A stretch of 64,000 bases of DNA from Camelus dromedarius (GCF_036321535.1 NC_087438.1:26908001-26972000), one strand, 5' to 3'; positions 1-11,965 are shown, counted from the stretch's first letter. Program-made: numbers and translations. The notes: generated by a model not told the origin, from the sequence alone.

Positions 1-163
1 TTATTCTTCTCAATGCCCATCCATGAAGGAATTAGGTGTGATGCTTCCAGCTCCTCAGTACTTACAGGACACAGTTAGCTTCTCTTTGTGGCCACTATCA
101 AGTCCATCAGACTCACTGACACTGGCATTTTCCTCCTTGTCTCCATCAAAACATTTGTCCTGA

Positions 164-739
164 CCTGCACCCCAATGTTCATAGCAGCACTATTTACAAC
201 AGCCAAGACATGGAAGCAACCTAAATGTCCACTGATAGATGACTAGATAAAGAAGATGTGGTATATTTATACAAGGGAATACTATTCAGCCATAAAAACT
301 GACAACATAATACCATTTGCAGCAACAGGGATGCTCCTGGAGAATGTCATTCTAAGTGAAGCAAGACAGAAAGAGAAAGACAAATACCATATGAGATATG
401 AATATATGAGGAATCTAAATAAAAACTAAAACAAACAAACAAACAAAACATAAATACAAAACAGAAACAGATTCATAGACATAGAATACAAACTTGTGGT
501 TGCCAAGGGGGTGGAGGGTGAGAAGGGATAGATGGGATTTCAAAATTGTAGAATAGATAAACAAGATTATACTGTATAGCACAGGGAAATATATACAAGA
601 TCTTATGGTAGCTCACAGAGAAAAAAATGTGACAACGAATATATATATGTTCATGTATAACTGAAAAATTGTGCTCTACGCTGGAATTTGACACAACATT
701 GTAAAATTATTATAAATCAATAAAAAATGTTAAAAAAAA
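164..739 (+). mobile_element. Young 5'-truncated L1 (ORF2 end + 3'UTR + A tail)
   Basis: Typical L1 3' sequence (CACCCCAATGTTCATAGCAGCACTATTTACA...AATAAAAAATGTTAAAAAAAAA); exact 11-bp TSD ATTTGTCCTGA at 153-163 and 740-750. Confidence 0.95.
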
Positions 740-991
740 ATTTGTCCTGAGTTCCATGCCTTAGGGACCATGTTCTTCAAGGAAACATGGTCTAAAACTT
801 GTAAACAAGTTTTAGGCCCAATAGTGCTTTCTGTAATACCTTCTTTATTCAAACTTTTTTCCTATCTTCCTACCTCAGAGCTTGTAATTTTCAGTTTTCC
901 CATCTATGGGGTTACCAATGAGGAGCAAGGACTTCTCACTGGCCTCAGTTTTTCACTGTGTTGACTGAAGATTAAAATCCTTATGTGGAAG

Positions 992-1437
992 CGTTCCTTA
1001 GGTTGGGTTCCTTGGAAACAGACTCTGAGACCGAGAGTTGCATGAAGAAACTTTACTTGGAAAGTGTCTTGGAAGACATACCTGTAAGGACCTGGGGAAG
1101 GCAGGACCGGGGCAAAGCAGAAGTTGAGCCACAAGGCAGCTGCAACAAAAGGCTCAGCTATTCCCTTGGAAGCTCTGGAGCTGGGACGGCCCTTCAGAGA
1201 TGTCTTCATTGAGGTAAGTGTGACAACCTTTGCATCCTCACCTCAGCCAGTTGTTGGCCACTGGCTGTCCCTGGGAGAGAGGATGCCCTGAGGTGGAGCA
1301 GTTCTCTGTAGCCAAGGACAATTCCTAGTGAGCCACGCAGCTATGGCGTGTCAGCAGCTAACAGTCCTAACACCAGGGGCATGAGTACACTGTTCCTAAA
1401 GAGAGGACCTTGACAGAGTGCCGCAGCATCCACTCTA
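992..1437 (-). mobile_element. ERVL LTR (LTR16-like), 3' LTR of a provirus remnant
   Basis: Resembles recalled LTR16 consensus (GGTTGGGTTCC..GAAACAGACTCTGAG...CAGCATCCACTCTA); homologous to 2326-2673 in the same orientation. Confidence 0.75.
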
Positions 1438-2325
1438 GGCTGCTCAGATCCACTCGCATCCAATAGTAATTTTGCCCCATCTGGAAATAGTGTCTCCAGG
1501 GTCTGGTTCTTGCTTCTTATGAAAACTGAGAAGCACTAATGGGATGAACAATAGCCCTACGGCTGCACTTGACCTTACATTCATAACTGATACTCATGGT
1601 CCTTCTCCTCTGGCACTCACCCTAGGTTCCTCCCACCCTCAGCCAGCACATCTGCTTGTCTAGGGAGATCACTTGATAGGGGTCCTAGACCCTCTTTGCT
1701 GAGTTACCAGGTCCTTCTCAGACTGTGTCTGTGCTTGTGCATAAACCACTAAATCCAGGCATGAGAGCACCCAAAGACATTCATTCAAGGCCCTGCAGGC
1801 AGGAAAGGCAAACTCATCCCAGGAATGTATGTCAGTCCTAGTCAAGATGAACTGCTTCTCCACTTAGAGCGGAAAAGATTAAAAAAACTGATTTGATAAC
1901 AAACTGCTGCTTGGGCTACTGGAGTGAGGGTGCCATGCTGGAGACCCAGCATTGCTCTTTGTTACCAGCAGGTTGGATGGACATTCAACAGCATCATTAG
2001 CTAAACCAGCCTTATGAGCATGCCATTAGGCCCGTGCATAAGGCTTCACCTCTGCCACCATGGCAGCTCTATTCATAAATCCCCTGTACAAGCACTGGGA
2101 CGCAGAGAACAGAGGCTGGCCAACATCTAACTACTAACTCAGTCACTTTGTTATTTAATGCAGTGTCTGCTACGTCATAGTGCCCACCACCACAGCCCCA
2201 TCCAAGTGCCTTCTTCTCAGACATCTTTGTCCCCAGGCTTTCCATTGTTTTCTTACAAGGCCCTGGCACACTGACCAGGCCATCTGCCACATGCTCTGCT
2301 TCCAAGGACCATTCCAGATACCAAC
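1438..2325 (-). mobile_element. pol: Deleted ERVL internal region with RNase H/integrase remnants and a degenerate tRNA-Leu-type primer-binding site
   Basis: Minus-strand ORF 1669..1863 contains FILTRTDIHSWDEFAFPACRA, resembling the ERVL integrase core FVLTGIDTYSGYGFAFPA; minus strand reads TGGTATCTGGAATGG just after the 5' LTR. Confidence 0.75.
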
Positions 2326-2673
2326 TGTTTCAGGTGGGGTGCCCTGGACACCAGACTCTGAGAACACAGAGGGTTTATTGTGGAGTGTGCTCGGGAGATA
2401 CATCTTTCAGGAACCGGGCAAGCAGGACTGGGGAGAGGGGCAAATTGAAACAAGGGAGGCTGACCTTTTTAACCTCATATCGGTTAGTCATTGGCCACAG
2501 GCCGCCTTAGTCAGGGGGTCATAATCTTGGATGAGACATATCTTCAGCTGAGGGCAATTTCTAATGAGGGTTATGACTATGTGTTGTCAAGAGACAATAT
2601 TTCCAGCAGCTGGGAGGTGGTTCTGTCAGTCTTTAAGAAGCTGTATAGGCAATGAATCATAGTTGCCATCACA
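2326..2673 (-). mobile_element. ERVL LTR (LTR16-like), 5' LTR
   Basis: TG...CA ends; shares CAGACTCTGAG, GCAGGACTGGG, TCATTGGCC and GAGGGCAATT blocks with 992-1437. Confidence 0.7.
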
Positions 2674-2704
2674 GTGTTAGACTATCAGTTGGTTCTAATT
2701 CAGG

Positions 2705-3248
2705 TTCAAGTTTTATCTATTTCTGTGTAAGAAATTACCCAAAACTTAGTGGCTTAAAACAATTATAAACATTTATTATCTCACGGTTTCTGTGGACCAG
2801 GAATCTAGGAGCAGCTTAACGGTTTGGTCCTGGGTCAGGGTTTCTCACGAGGTTGTAGTGAAAGTGTTAGCTGAGCCTGTAGTCATTGGAAGGTGTGACT
2901 GAGGCTGGAGAATCCTCTTTCAAGACGGCTCACTAATATCACTAGCATGTTGGTGGTGGTTGCTGGCAAGAAGACTTAATCATTGGCCACATGAACCTTT
3001 CTATAAGGCTGCTATGGGAGTCCTCATAACAGAGCAGCTGACTGATCTCTGGGCAGGTGATCCAAGAGAGAGCAATGCAGAAGCTGCAATGTCTTTTATG
3101 ACCCAATCTCAAAAGTTACACACTGTCATTTCTACAAATCCCTTTGGTAGTGCACATTGTCCCTGTTCATCATGTAAAGAGACTATACAAGGGCATGAAT
3201 ACCAAAAGGCAAAGACCATGGGGGTCATCTTGGAGACTAGCTACCACA
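2705..3248 (-). mobile_element. MaLR LTR (MLT1, MLT1F-like)
   Basis: AATTACCCAAAACTTAGTGGCTTAAAACAA...ATTTATTATCTCACGGTTTCTGTGG and terminal GGAGACTAGCTACCACA, typical of MLT1. Confidence 0.8.
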
Positions 3249-4454
3249 GAGAGTTTTCACAAATCTGGAAGTCTTGAACCAAAGGACATTCTATCATATG
3301 CTCATGTCATTTTAATATTTAACTCAGTGTCTGAGGAGGGGTGGGACTAAGGGGCTATAAATACCCAGAGTTTGAAGGTGGCTGGAACCCTTCCTACTTG
3401 AGGACCATCACTTCCCTCTCTGCTACATTGTTTAATAAAGTACATGTAACTATGTTTCCAGAAAGCAATCCATCACTGCAATAATCTTCTACTGCTGCAG
3501 ATTATGCCAAAATTTAAAATATATTATTTACTGCCCTAGAAATAGGTTGGAAAGTCATGTCATTGTGCTCAAAGAGCTTGTGCCAAAAACTGCATTCCTT
3601 CTGATTGGGGTCATCTCCTATTTTCCAGGATTCTGTAGAAAAGCTTATATATTATCATCTTGGAAAACTAAATACTAAACAGTGGTTTTATGATTATTTT
3701 ACACTTTTATTTAAGATGCAGTATCTAAGTTTATGATTGGTAATTATACTTATAAACAATTATGAAGGCCTATTAGCCAGTGCTCTAAAGGTAAATGGCT
3801 AAACTTGACTTGAGGGACACAACAGAGAAGGAAAAATACCTGGTTTCTGCTGTTAAAGACATTGGTATCATGTGAAGGAAACAGTACAAACCCATGATGT
3901 GCTCATAAGAATTAACCAGATATAGTAACCAAACTGGAAGCTTCCATGGGAATAAAATCTTAGCAAAGTTCTCTCTGGTCTCCATCTATCAGCAAAGGCT
4001 TTTCTAACAAAAACCAAACCCAACCTGAAAAGAGAAGAGCGAATCCCTTCTGCTAGCCCATTATGTCAGGGATGAACTGGAGGAGAGGAGACGAGGGATC
4101 AGTCCTTACTACCCGTCACCTTCGTGGCCCAGAGGAGTCAACACCAGCTATAAATGGAATGTTGCCTCCAAGACGCCCTCTCTACCCACCAGATCACACC
4201 ACATCCCCTTGACTGAGGGATGCCCTTTTGTCCAAGGCTGTAATTCATTTCCATGACTACCGGGAAGGCCAGAAAAACACATTTCTCCCAGCAGGAACTA
4301 CATTTATTTTGTAGGTAGAAAAATCAATATCCTTTATTTTGTGTAGATGTGTACAACTGGTTCAGAAGCATTGTACTCAGGTCTGATAGGAAAAGTCTAT
4401 GTGATCTGAACTTAGTTTATGTGCCGGGCTTGGAATCAAGTGGATTGAGATCTT

Positions 4455-5860
4455 TTATTTATTCATTCATTCAAAAAATGTATTGCTCATGCAGGTATTG
4501 TGTTAGGCAAGAAGAACACAGAGCTTAAAAGAATAAATAAATAAAAGAGTCCCTGTTTTAAGAGCCTCAAATACTGCAGGGAAAAATAGACAACTATGAT
4601 ATAAATTGATAAACCCTATGATAAGAAATGTGTACTGAGCTTTGGGAGAAAAATCTTAGAATTTGTTAGGTAAAGATAGGGAAGAAAGTGGGCTCTTAGC
4701 AAAGGAAACAGCATTTTCTAAAGGACGGAAATCAGAACATGATTTGTTCAGTTCATTGCTCACCACGGGCTGGAGTTTAGAGAATTCGCGGGGAACAGGT
4801 AATAGATGATCCTGGCATAAGCCTGATCAGGATAGATTTGGTGAGTCCTGTCTAGGAGATAGGGTTTATTCTGAAGGCAATTGAGAGCTTCTGAAGGACC
4901 TTAAGGGGAGCGAAGTGATTATAGTCACTTGAAAAAAATCACTCTGGGAAAAGCAAAGAAGGAGGATAAGAATGGCTCAGAATAGGTCCCCAGGGAACTC
5001 CCCACATTTACGAGGGAAACAGAGCCAAGAGGAAAACTGAAAAGGAGCAGCCAGAGAATTAAGAGGAAATCCAAGAGAGTGGTTCTGTGGACCAGAAGGA
5101 GAGTGATTCACGAAGTAGGGAGAGACAAAGGTATCCGATGCCTTAGAGAGGACAAGGAAGGCAAGGCCCGAAGCATGTTCACTAGATCAGAGAGCAGGAA
5201 GGCATTAGGGCCTTCAGTGACAGGAATTTCATGAAGTGGGGGAGGTGGACTGCAGGTAAGAAGGAGGAAGAAGGGGCCAGGAAGAAGAGATTGGGCAGGG
5301 GGTGCGCCATCTTTTAAACAATCCCGGCTCTGAAGGGAGGAAGGTCCCTCATTAGAGGAGACATGCAATTGAGGGGTGGTATTTTAACTTTAAAAAATTA
5401 AGGCGATTTGAGCACATTCCTATGTGAGTGAAAGATAGGAAAGAGTGGGAAGGAATGGGATCTAGAGCACAGTTGGGGGGTTTTGCCTGAGACTAAAGGA
5501 AAGACAACTCTACCCTGTCCAGTGAGAGCCGGGGCGGGGGTGGGGGTGGGTGGGGCTCAAGCAGAGGGGGTGCCCCTCTGACGCTGCTCTTGTTGTCTGT
5601 GAGCAGAGAGGGAAGTCTCCGTCGGGAGTGGAGGGAAGTGGTGGTGATGAGCTTAAAAGACTTGGAGACAGGCAGAAAAGTGGGACATCGGCACCGTGGA
5701 GAGTGAGAGAGGCTGTCCAGGTAAACTTGGAAGGATTCTTGTGTTAGCTGAGATCAGGCATGTCCAGGGTGGTATGGCCGTAGACAGGGATTCTTGTGTT
5801 AGGATAAGAGCTTCTCTCTTATGAGATGGGAGGAAAGAGAAAGTCAGATGCCGTGACATT
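4455..5860 (-). mobile_element. L2 LINE fragment
   Basis: Starts with (ATTC)n, the reverse complement of the L2 3' tail, followed by purine-rich antisense L2 sequence. Confidence 0.7.
5531..5555 (+). other. G-quadruplex-forming motif
   Basis: GGGG C GGGGG T GGGGG T GGG T GGGG: five G-tracts with 1-nt loops. Confidence 0.8.
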
Positions 5861-6297
5861 CTGTGATGTCGGGCAATTCAGGTCACTTCCCTGGCTTCCT
5901 TCCTCCTTACATGAATTCTCTCTGAGGTTTCTGCCATTTTAGCTCTCAAGTCTGTTTCTTTTCTTACTCCTTAGAAAAAAAAAGAGTAACTATATATCCA
6001 CTCACTGGCATTGTGTCATAACTGAGGGGAGATGGCACTTCCTACGTGCCTGAAAAAACAAAGTGAGTCAGCTTCTGGTGTATTAATTAGAGTCCAGTTT
6101 ACTTCCATGAAAATAGAATCTATTGTACCATCTTTATATATTTAAACCTCTAGTGACAATAACTCCTGGAACATATCCAGAGTAAAGTCCTCAGTCTACT
6201 TGTTTTCTGAACACGTCAGACAGTTCCGTTCAATTCAGTTAAGCGTCTATGAAGCACTGTGTGCCTACAACTATCTCGTAAAGTCTAGATAAAACTC

Positions 6298-6426
6298 NNN
6301 NNNNNNNNNNNNNNNNNNNNNNNNNNNNNNNNNNNNNNNNNNNNNNNNNNNNNNNNNNNNNNNNNNNNNNNNNNNNNNNNNNNNNNNNNNNNNNNNNNNN
6401 NNNNNNNNNNNNNNNNNNNNNNNNNN
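6298..6426. other. Assembly gap (129 N)
   Basis: N-run abutting the 5' side of a young L1. Confidence 1.
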
Positions 6427-7058
6427 TTACCATATGACCCAGGAATCCCGCTCCTGGGCATCTATCCAGAAGGACCCCTACTTCAAAATGACACCTGCAC
6501 TCCAGTGTTCATAGCAGCACTATACAATAGCCAATACATGGAAACAGCCTAAATGTCCATCAACAGATGACTGGATAAAGAAGATGTGGTATATTTATAT
6601 AATGGAATACTACTCAGCCATAAAAACCGACAACATAACGCCATTTGCAGCAACATGGATGCTCCTGGAGAATGTCATTCTAAGTGAAGTAAGCCAGAAA
6701 GAGAAAGAAAAATACCATATGAGATCGCTCATATGTGGAATCTAAAAACAAACAAACAAACAAAGCATAAATACAAAACAGAAATAGACTCACAGACATA
6801 GAATATAAACTTGTGGTTGCCAAGGGGGCAGGGGGTGAGAAGAGATAGACTGGGATTTCAAAATTGTAGAATAGATAAACAAGATTATACTGTATAGCAC
6901 AGGGAAATATATACAAGATCTTATGGTAGCTCATAGCAAAAAAAAAATGTGACAATGAATATATATATGTTCATGTATAACTGAAAAATTGTGCTCTACA
7001 CTGGAATTTGACACAACATTGTAAAGTGATTATAAACCAATAAAAAATGTTAAAAAAA
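6427..7058 (+). mobile_element. Young L1 3' end, same subfamily as 164-739
   Basis: Closely similar to 164-739 over ~570 bp; begins with ORF2 LPYDP-coding TTACCATATGACCCAG; ends AATAAAAAATGTTAAAAAAA. Confidence 0.95.
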
Positions 7059-7789
7059 TTCTCCTGTCTGTGTCACTGTGTATCTTACTTCTGGAAAAAC
7101 TTTACCACCACGGTAGTGATGTAACACTTATAGGTTGATTTTTGACCATTCTTCCTTCCAAAATTCTTCCATGATTTAAACACAAAATAAGAACATGCAC
7201 ACAAACAAAACCCAAGCCCCTCTCTAGCTAATTCCTGCTCACTCTGACACCCCAGAGACTGAAATAGGGGGGGAGAGGCTTGAAAATGATATCAGACAAG
7301 AATGGAGAAGAAAATAATAAACTCAAATTCCCCAACGAATTATTTCTCAGAAACAAAATTTGTGTCTTCTTGGCCTTGCTTTTATGTCTGGAAATGCAGA
7401 ATCCCTGAGCAGGGAAGGCCTTTCCTCTGACCTGATGCTTGGGCCACCCTCACTGGGCACTCAAGGAACCACAGCCCCTGCCCCAACCCTCCAGCTATTA
7501 CTCTTCAATTTGGAGAGCCTGACACCCCATCACGGTGGGGAGTTGTGACAATCACTTGGTCGGTGCAGCCAACACTCACTCATTTTAATTATATTAAGGG
7601 AAGAAGCACGCATCTTGCAGTCCAAGGGGCAGCCATGGTGCGGCCTTCAGTCCAGGGCAGGATTGGAGAATGAGCTCTTCTGTTTTCTTTCCCTGATGAC
7701 CTGGGCTCTGTTGTTCAAAGCCCAACTTCTTTCAAAACATTTCACAGTAGCGGCCATACTACATATCATTTATCTATTCATTTGTTGAG

Positions 7790-7925
7790 TTTAGGGTCTG
7801 TCTTCCTATGAAACTGTACCCACCAAGATGGCATTAGGTCTCTTTTCTTCATGCCCATTTCCCCAGTACCTAGAACAGTGCCTGGCCCAAGGAGGTGCTC
7901 AATAAGTATTTGCTGAATTAACTAA
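7790..7925 (+). mobile_element. L2 3' end fragment
   Basis: CCCAGTACCTAGAACAGTGCCTGGC...GTGCTCAATAAGTATTTGCTGAAT. Confidence 0.7.
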
Positions 7926-8739
7926 GTGAGGATTAAACTTAGAGATCTCATGTTGCTTCTCCTTCCACAACCATGTATTCCCAGAAGGGAGAAAAAGATG
8001 GCAGTAGTAAGGTCTCTGATTCCTGAGAGTCGGTAAACTCTCAAGTTCCCAGATTAGATGCTGGAATAAAGGTTTCTTTCCCTTGAAACTCACGGCTAAA
8101 AGTATGATCTTTGTTACATCTCCTGTCTGTTCCAAATGAGGCTGGTTGTCTATGTCACCCTCATGGAATGGGTATTTTGGGTAATGCCAGCAGCATCAAA
8201 GAATCATACATTTTCAAAAATCATTTATCTAGACCAATTTTCCCAATAATAGAGTCTTTTGAGCTACTTTTTAAAAGAGTTCAGCCTGTGGAATCCATAT
8301 ATATTTCCAAAATCAAACTATGCTGGCTCTTACTGGGATAACCATGAACCTTATTTTTCAAATGGAATACTTAGAGATTGAAAGGGGAAACTATCAATAA
8401 TTACACTGGACAAAAGGCATAAATTAGGGTTACCTTAGAAAACCAGGGTAAATATATGATTACTTAGTAAGTGGAACAGATTTACAGGATTTTTAAAACA
8501 TGAGGTTCATGGAGAGAAAAATAAAATGGCGAGAAGAAGCCTTTAAGAAATCTTCCTTCTGCTGCTATCAGGCACAGTTTTTCATAAATTATTCCAAGTG
8601 GGAAAGGCCAGTCTTCCATCACTGCTGGGAACCTCTCCCATCTCAACAAGTTCCTTGATACTCATGCTTGCTTTCCACATAAGTCGTGCATGCTTGATGT
8701 GAAGACAGAAATGCCAGCTACAAGCAATTCAGAACAACC

Positions 8740-8915
8740 TTTTACCTCTCAAGCTAAATAATCCCAAGGCCTTTACATCAGCTTCGTTCTTATCTCATTT
8801 TTCAATCTCTTAAACAGATTCCCTGGGCTCCTCTGTGCCTTTTCCAAGGTTCTCCATGGGCCCCACTAACATGATACCCAGAATCGAGCCCAGTATTGCA
8901 GGATCTGGTTGACAT
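8740..8915 (-). mobile_element. CR1/L3 LINE remnant
   Basis: CTCTCAAGCTAAATAATCCCAAG...CCCAGAATCGAGCCCAGTATTGCAG resembles antisense CR1 ORF2 (from recall). Confidence 0.5.
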
Positions 8916-9168
8916 CATTTCCAACTATACCATAGCTGGGAACACTATCTTGCAAGGAGAAGGCCGCCCTTGATCTCCACCTCTGTTACAGACCAAAGAA
9001 CATTCCTATAAGAATGTAAAGCCCATCGGGGCTACTTGCTGGGCCTCTGCCACGCTGTAATCTTCCAGACAGCGATGGATGGTTCTGAAATCATGTTTTA
9101 GTAAAGACCTCCAGCTTATCTTGTCTAAACATTAGATATGAGCGATTTTGCTCATCTCATGATTGCAG

Positions 9169-9380
9169 AGTGCTCCTTCCACGGGTGTTTTGCCAAGAAG
9201 GAAGGAGTCCGCAGGCACTCAAATGCTGCAAACAATGTTGAAAATGTGGGAATTGCTTTGTGCGGCTGGGACGGTCAGTGCCCAGGAGGCACGCTCTGCA
9301 AGATGAATAGGCCGGTTGAATGCATGCATTGTGTTGCCCGTGCCCGTGATTCTCGCTTGGCCAACCGAGGCACACAGACT
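9169..9380 (+). ncRNA. Candidate exon of an unannotated, probably non-coding transcript
   Basis: Acceptor ...CTCATGATTGCAG|, donor ACT|GTAAGA, 10 CpG in 212 bp; no recognisable protein. Confidence 0.25.
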
Positions 9381-9917
9381 GTAAGACTGATAGGGCCTGA
9401 AGGGCCCCTCCAGGTGGACAAATGCAACCCCCTCACCTTATAGATGACAGAACCAGATGGCAGCTTCTTCCTGTCAAGACAGGTCTTGGAGACGATGGAA
9501 CAATATGTCTCTAAACATCACTTGGGGTTTCAGTAATGTCTTTGCCTCTTTCATCTGATATGATTCCCTCCAAAAAGCAAGAACTTCCTATCTTTCAGAT
9601 CTCTTTCAACACAGTCATTTTAATACGGGAACTAAAGAAAAATATGTCTAAGATCTCTTTAAACTGAAGTCTTCTATGAGGCAGATAAATCAAACACTTC
9701 ACATTTTTACTCAAGCTTCAACAAGCAGCTAAGCATTGAGTCGTATCGCCACCTCCTTTTACAACATAGATGGGTTCCAGCAAAGTTTGAGGAGAGTTGA
9801 ACTACCTTACAAGACCAAGGGGAGTTTGGGATTTAAACAACTGCTGCAGAAATCTTTTTGTAAGAGAAAGAATTCCTTATTCCATTCCCTTTTCTTTCTT
9901 TCTTTGATGTTTTGTAG

Positions 9918-10489
9918 ATTATATTTTCAGACAACTGGGTTGTGCGAAGTGAAGACAATTTGTACTGTACCTCAGGCTGGAGTTTTTACTCAAAACTGGT
10001 CTTTGGTCAAAGGATACGGAGGCATTTCTTTCTTCTACACAGACTCTCCTTCTGAAGAGGTTTATCCTCTTCCCTGCCCGCTACCTGCTCCTACATTCGA
10101 TTCAAATCCAAGACGGGCTTCCTCAAGTGGTGAGACGATTATCCCCGAATCAGTGCAGTCATGGCCCTTTTCACTGTGTCCCTTTCTCTCGTTCTGCGCT
10201 TCTGTGGGCCAATGTCTGAAAACCGGGCTTTGCTTGGTCCTTCACCCAAACTGAAAGGACATTTTAGTCCTGTCATGGGTGGATGGCTTATTCCCGACAG
10301 CAGGAATGCCCCAGATCTTGTCAGAAATAGAAACACAGAAATTGAAATCATGTGGCCTCCCTCTGAAGAGGTCTTAAATGGGGCCAACATGGAACGGGCT
10401 TCATACTTGAGGGCAGTGTCACCTCCAGGAACCCCATCTCTCCCCCTAAAATATCTGGTTTTCATCTCGCAACGAACGAGTCACTGCAA
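9918..10489 (+). ncRNA. Candidate exon with Kozak-context ATG at 10161
   Basis: Long pyrimidine tract then TTTTGTAG| (alternative AG at 9930); donor GCAA|GTGAGT; elevated CpG. Confidence 0.3.
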
Positions 10490-10627
10490 GTGAGTCCAGC
10501 GAATGACGACGGCTCTTCATTTCACGTTCTTCATACCACACTCTGACACACCGGGGCCAGGAGTCTCCCCAGCCCGAGTGAACCAGAGTCATGGGGGGTT
10601 TTGTGTTTGCCTATAAGCTGAAGTGCA

Positions 10628-10710
10628 TTTCTCCCCTCCCTCCCTCTCTTCCTTCTCTCTCTTTCTATCTCCCCATCTCTCCTTTCCTTTTTCCTTCCTT
10701 TCCTTCTTCA
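10628..10710. repeat. CT-rich polypyrimidine low-complexity tract
   Basis: Almost pure C/T for ~80 bp. Confidence 0.9.
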
Positions 10711-11022
10711 CACTTACTGTGGAAGAGAAAATGATGCTGCTGGACAGTGAATAGAAGGGAACTACAGCCCCTGGAAAACCTTGTTAGTGATGTGGTAGCG
10801 AGAGAACTTGCCAAATTCTATGGAGGCCAGTTAATGCCTAAGTTATGGATCGGTTCCTTTGATTTTCTCTAGAATAAAAATAAAAGAACCTAGAAGGCTG
10901 GGAACAGATCCCTTTTGTATGAGATATAATATTAGCAGGTTATGGGAGGTTGATAAACAAAGTCAGCTGAAGTTTTACAGCATTTGTTGGTAGCCTAAGC
11001 TCCCATCTACTAATTTGACCTT

Positions 11023-11519
11023 TGTTGACTGAAATAAAATCACACAATGTGAGAGTTGTGGGTTAAGTTTTATTTGGGGAAAAATGAGAACTATAGCCTG
11101 GGAGACAGCATCCCAGAAAGCTCTGAGAAACTGTTCCAAGAGGCAGGGGAAAACTCAGTGTTACATATGATTTCTGTGAAGTGGGTACATGCAGTCAGGC
11201 ACACACTTAGGTGGAGGCTTGCTGCTACTCACGAGGAGCAGATGTCACCGTTAATGATTTTAGTGCTTTTCTAGATATGAGGAGACACAAGAATTGGGGT
11301 CATAGAATCTTCTCCTGAAAATATCTAACTATCTGAAGGCCTGTTCAGCCAGTTTTCCCAGAGCGCAGAGGGCCTCATCTCCATCCTGAACTTTCAGGGT
11401 GTGTTGGAGGTCAGCGGCTGCTGCAGCTTATGATTTAATCCAAGCAGAGTTAGATGGCAAGTGCCAACGTGATCCAATCCTTGTAGAGGCAGATGGCAAG
11501 TGCCAATTTTTAGTTCGCA
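11023..11519 (-). mobile_element. ERV1-class solo LTR (MER41-like, cetartiodactyl type)
   Basis: TG...CA termini; 4-bp TSD CCTT at 11019-11022 and 11520-11523; AATAAA on minus strand (TTTATT ~11069); internal ~40-bp imperfect tandem duplication containing AGATGGCAAGTGCCAA twice. Confidence 0.9.
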
Positions 11520-11965
11520 CCTTCCTAATTTCAGTTTGGGGATCCATATCATCCCAGGGAGGCTCGGCTAAGCTATCATGTGAATCCACCCTCCATTCTA
11601 CAGGGATCACTGGGATGAACATGCAACGTAAGCTAGGCCAACAGATTCTTAAGACTTCTGTTGGGAATGCTGGGACAAAGATGCTCTTTTTCCTCCAGAC
11701 ATGAACAAGGATGCACATATTATCCCAGGAGCTGCTAGCAGCCATCCCGTGATGGAAAGGATCATAGAATAAAACCAATTTCATGGAAGGTAAAGCAGAC
11801 AGAAAGAAATCAGGTCAATTTTGTCATCCTTGAGCCACTGGATTGAACCGTACTTGAAACCAGGCCCACAACTAGACTTTTTGGTTATGTTGAGCCAGTC
11901 AATTCCTTTTATTGTTTAAGCTGAGGTGAGTTGACATTTATTATATACACAACCCAAGTATTATT
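11520..11965 (+). mobile_element. Old MaLR LTR (MLT1J/K-like), interrupted by the ERV1 LTR; 5' piece at ~10980-11022
   Basis: GAGCCACTGGATTGAACC..ACTTGAA, GAGCCAGTCAATTCCTTTT...TTTAAGC and CACAACCCAAG blocks typical of MLT1. Confidence 0.65.

Noticed and set aside
3335-3445. GT-box + CTATAAATA followed ~80 bp later by AATAAA (LTR- or promoter-like layout)
   Set aside because: No TG/CA termini, TSD or recognisable family; these short motifs are common.
5715-5802. GGATTCTTGTGTTAG repeated 55 bp apart
   Set aside because: An old local duplication within an L2 remnant; only two units and no array or CRISPR-like structure.
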